64,000 nucleotides of DNA, taken from contig OY843584.1 in assembly GCA_963692915.1 (NCBI GenBank), positions 1,056,001 to 1,120,000 on the forward strand. The letters are read 5' to 3'. Positions 63,001 to 64,000 of this stretch are shown piece after piece. Position 1 is the stretch's first letter. Every line of letters starts with the position of its first letter. The notes beneath the pieces are model-generated. The model had not been told where the DNA came from and did no database searches. It saw only the letters and a program-made list of their open reading frames with translations. Source of the stretch: Cenarchaeum sp. GTDB taxonomy: Archaea; Thermoproteota; Nitrososphaeria; Nitrososphaerales; Nitrosopumilaceae. The translations under genes and the position numbers were made by a program.

Positions 63001-64000
63001 TGGAGGGTATCGTGATCGTCTGCGAGGACGGCGTGCTCGCATCGGCCCGCAGCGCGACTGTGAGCGTCGAGCCGTCAGTAGCGGCCGCTATCACGTCGGC
63101 CCTGTACGACTCGCCGTCAGCAGTAACCACTGCAAGGTCGCCAAACGGCGGCGTAGTCGACGGCCTGTTTGGAAGTGTTGTCGGGTCTGGGGTGCTGCCC
63201 GCAAAGGCGAGGCTCACCTCAGACGCCCCGCGGCCGGCGACCTCGCCGACAGTCACCGTGACTGTCGGCGTGAGCGAGGCCGAGCCCGGACCGGCCACGC
63301 CGTTGGCGTCAGTTATGCCCGCAATGGTCACGGCGTGTGACACGTCGCGCGCGGCCGCACTGGGCAACGTAATGAGAATCGTGTCTGGTGCGACAAACTC
63401 GGCCGGAAGGTTCACAGAGGCTGCCGTGCCGATCGTGACGCCGAGTGCGGACGGAACCGTCTCGTCAGCGAGAGCCTCGCTGTACTCTAGGCGCAGCGTG
63501 TCCTGTGAGGCCAGCGTGAGTGTCACAGTCGGCGCAGTCGTGTCACGTACTACTGGTGCCGTAATGTCATCGGTGGTCCCGTTAGAGTGCGCGTCTGCAA
63601 TCGCGGGCATAGCGGTCGTGGAGGCAAGGGTGAGCGTGTACATGGTTCCCTCGGCGGCATTACTGATGCCTGGAGGCTGATAGTTTAGGATCAGTGTGTC
63701 CGCAGGAACGGGATCGCCCCTAAAGGTGCCGCCGGGAACCCCGGCGATTGAGAAAGTCGGAACCGGCGCGTTGACGCTTGAGATTCCGTGAGACAGGCTT
63801 CCGGTATTCACGTTGATAGGCTCGCTAAAGAGGATGCTCAGAACAACGCCAGCAGAGTCAAACGTCGCGCGAACGAGCGTCGGATCCAGGCCGTCAGCGG
63901 CAGTGACGGGCGAGTCGCCAGTAACTTCGAGGTCGTTGTCGTTCACGTCAGCCAGGCTCGTTGCGGCATCAGTTATCTCATACGCCACAGACGGCCTCGC
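2..64000 (-). CDS. Giant repetitive Ig-like (Big/SwmB-type) surface protein, internal fragment, partial at both ends (>=21,333 aa)
   Basis: Hand translation at many points gives coherent Ig-like repeats in one minus frame. At the right end: ARPSVAYEITDAATSLADVNDNDLEVTGDSPVTAADGLDPTLVRATFDSAGVVLSILFSEPIN. At the left end: SPIIDRAAPTAEAVFSGNSIVITFDENVYNVPTTLSVKPP...AGIWTVTIPAAVT. No minus-strand ORF in the track has a low coordinate of 2 mod 3, so no stop terminates this frame, and I checked the first ~150 codons by hand. All V/S/T/A-rich plus-strand shadow ORFs from 183 to 62958 start at 0 mod 3, so there is no frameshift. The family assignment rests on motif resemblance, not an HMM search. 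Confidence 0.95.
3310..4170 (-). repeat. Two-domain cassette D+Y (WVxIxPxE/FFP/YNYS domain followed by FxEH...YAEQATTS domain), copy 3 in protein order
   Basis: Translates to ...WVRIDPTETLYV...DIRFFPDT...YYNYSHRV...SPEG...TVRDVAGN then ITFSEHM...YAEQATTSTITLTLAS. Paralogous copies lie at ~17480-18330 and ~59340-60170. Confidence 0.85.
4270..4415. repeat. 146-bp exact direct repeat (partner 7249-7394) inside family-E modules
   Basis: ttgcgccagtcgaggagatcgactcgtgcgtgatgagg...ctcgatatggccagc is identical by eye at an offset of 2979 nt. Confidence 0.85.
6140..7140 (-). repeat. K'-C-K' three-module block (paralog ~41545-42570)
   Basis: Shared DNA includes gtcggcgcgtcagagtcgaccacgacgttcgtgcccgtcacgtc (6471 / 41892) and cccaaagagcgcaatgtcgccgacggccgtgactagcggctcgctggccacgacgttgacgcg. 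The family-C motif DIALFG also occurs at ~1400, 8355, 8715 and 40740. Confidence 0.8.
15270..17470 (-). repeat. Higher-order block E-H-G-F-B-J (paralogs: E-H-G-F-B ~35940-37810; H-G-F-B ~56130-57620)
   Basis: Module order and DNA are shared, e.g. tgcgtcctggccgtgaacgccggcggcgtggtgtcctccacggcagacgaggtcccgtcggccagcgcgttgccggc at ~16671 and ~36984, with a variant near 57240. Confidence 0.8.
17480..18330 (-). repeat. Two-domain cassette D+Y, copy 2
   Basis: GSLFMLRA...AWVLIKPTEAL...DIAFFPGT...VYNYSYAVTASSPEG...TVRDGAGN, then ITFDEHL...YAEQATTSTITLTLAS. Confidence 0.85.
20190..25000 (-). repeat. Lower-GC island of a second module lineage, copy A (paralog ~29090-32550)
   Basis: Modules have a distinct consensus (ILIDVNEDL, IEIDVSEEIVDTG, YVSYPAITDTDGN). 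Collinear DNA matches include ccgccgagctgcgtcagcgggttgcc (20541 / 29421) and gtgtcgacaatctcctcgctcacgtcgatctcgatcgtgcgcgagttgacaaat (~21744, ~24627, 31881). Spot GC counts of four 60-nt lines gave 45-55%. Confidence 0.8.
29090..32550 (-). repeat. Lower-GC island of a second module lineage, copy B
   Basis: Collinear with parts of 20190-25000: 29170-30360 matches 20270-21490, and 30400-32260 matches 23090-25000. Confidence 0.8.
33220..35010 (-). repeat. ~1.8-kb five-module block K-L-K-M-E, copy A (partner ~37395-39200)
   Basis: Anchors match at offsets of 4176, 4173, 4194 and 4191 nt, all multiples of 3, e.g. ggtagctggaggcggggcgggtatagg at 33751 and 37924. Confidence 0.9.
35010..36650 (-). repeat. 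Block F-B-N-O-P, copy A (partner ~43760-45390; module P also at ~12880-13140)
   Basis: gtcgcaaagcccgactcggccacc...ccgtgccgtcggtgaccgatatcgagag at ~35331 and ~44064; actagcgtcggcgccgtgcggtcaatggtgggcagc at ~35928 and ~44661. Confidence 0.8.
37395..39200 (-). repeat. Block K-L-K-M-E, copy B; a more diverged K-L-K lies at ~57620-58630
   Basis: See copy A. The motif ccgtcggcgagcgtgttgg(a/ac)gcagtcgccgagtc recurs at ~34707, ~38897 and ~58326. Confidence 0.9.
39200..39950 (-). repeat. B-J module pair (close partner ~50140-50880; others ~15270-15990 and ~58630-59340)
   Basis: tacgtcgcgctcgccgtggcgcccgtggcaaacgcgttgccggcgaggtcggccaggcccgccggcagcgtgac at 39222 and 50151. Protein motifs are GDTIRL...TWxHDL (B) and QVEGYTFGVTVP (J). 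Confidence 0.85.
43760..45390 (-). repeat. Block F-B-N-O-P, copy B
   Basis: Collinear with 35010-36650. Confidence 0.8.
50880..52110 (-). repeat. Tandem duplication of a two-module unit (~615-618 bp)
   Basis: tcggcggcctcgaccgggtttgcgcccgtcgggcgcagcgcgacgtcg... at 51171 and 51789 is near-identical for about 235 bp. The ORF track shows near-identical shadow peptides (51126..51404 and 51432..52022). Confidence 0.9.
59340..60170 (-). repeat. Two-domain cassette D+Y, copy 1
   Basis: GSLFMLRA...AWVLIKPSETLYV...DITFFPGT...IYNYSHAVTASSPEG...TVRDAVGN, then ITFREHL...YAEQDVTSTVTLTLAS. Confidence 0.85.

Noticed and set aside
1727-63721. RGD tripeptides (1727-1735, ~18923-18931, ~44850, 63713-63721) as integrin-binding motifs
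   Set aside because: With roughly 4% R, 9% G and 9% D (rough estimates), several are expected by chance in 21,000 aa, so there is no evidence of enrichment.
1-64000. CRISPR array or other non-coding repeat array suggested by recurring 20-40-nt motifs
   Set aside because: The repeats are codon-phased, degenerate and spaced hundreds of nt apart within coding modules. There is no repeat-spacer periodicity and no cas gene.
1-64000. Assigning a gene symbol (swmB, siiE, lapA, bap, hmu) or promoters/terminators
   Set aside because: There is only generic motif resemblance, the termini and secretion signals are outside the window, and there is no intergenic DNA.

Overview
The whole 64-kb window is the interior of one gigantic minus-strand gene. 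Its codons run from 64000 down to 2 (21,333 codons) with no in-frame stop. The real start and stop both lie outside the window, so the supplied ORF track missed the gene; every ORF in the track is an antisense or out-of-frame shadow of it. The product (>21,300 aa, >2 MDa in this window alone) is an acidic, Thr/Ala/Val/Asp/Ser/Gly-rich, nearly Cys-free chain of roughly 170-190 Ig-like beta-sandwich modules of about 90-140 aa (DxxAP/PP-TF.A ... ITFSExV ... W.V ... Y ... DxAGN). It is probably a giant surface adhesin or filament. Frequent ATA (Ile) codons in GC-rich DNA point to an archaeal host, possibly a high-GC Nitrososphaerota/Thaumarchaeota; this is inference. The modules fall into about 15-20 families (my own letter labels) arranged in recurring higher-order blocks. 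The gene shows near-identical DNA patches, sub-domain swaps, a duplicated lower-GC island of a second module lineage, EF-hand-like Asp loops, one domain with two Cys pairs, and AT-richer hypervariable loops on conserved scaffolds. No RNA genes, CRISPR arrays, mobile elements or intergenic DNA were seen. Module boundaries were read by eye and are approximate (about +/-30 nt).
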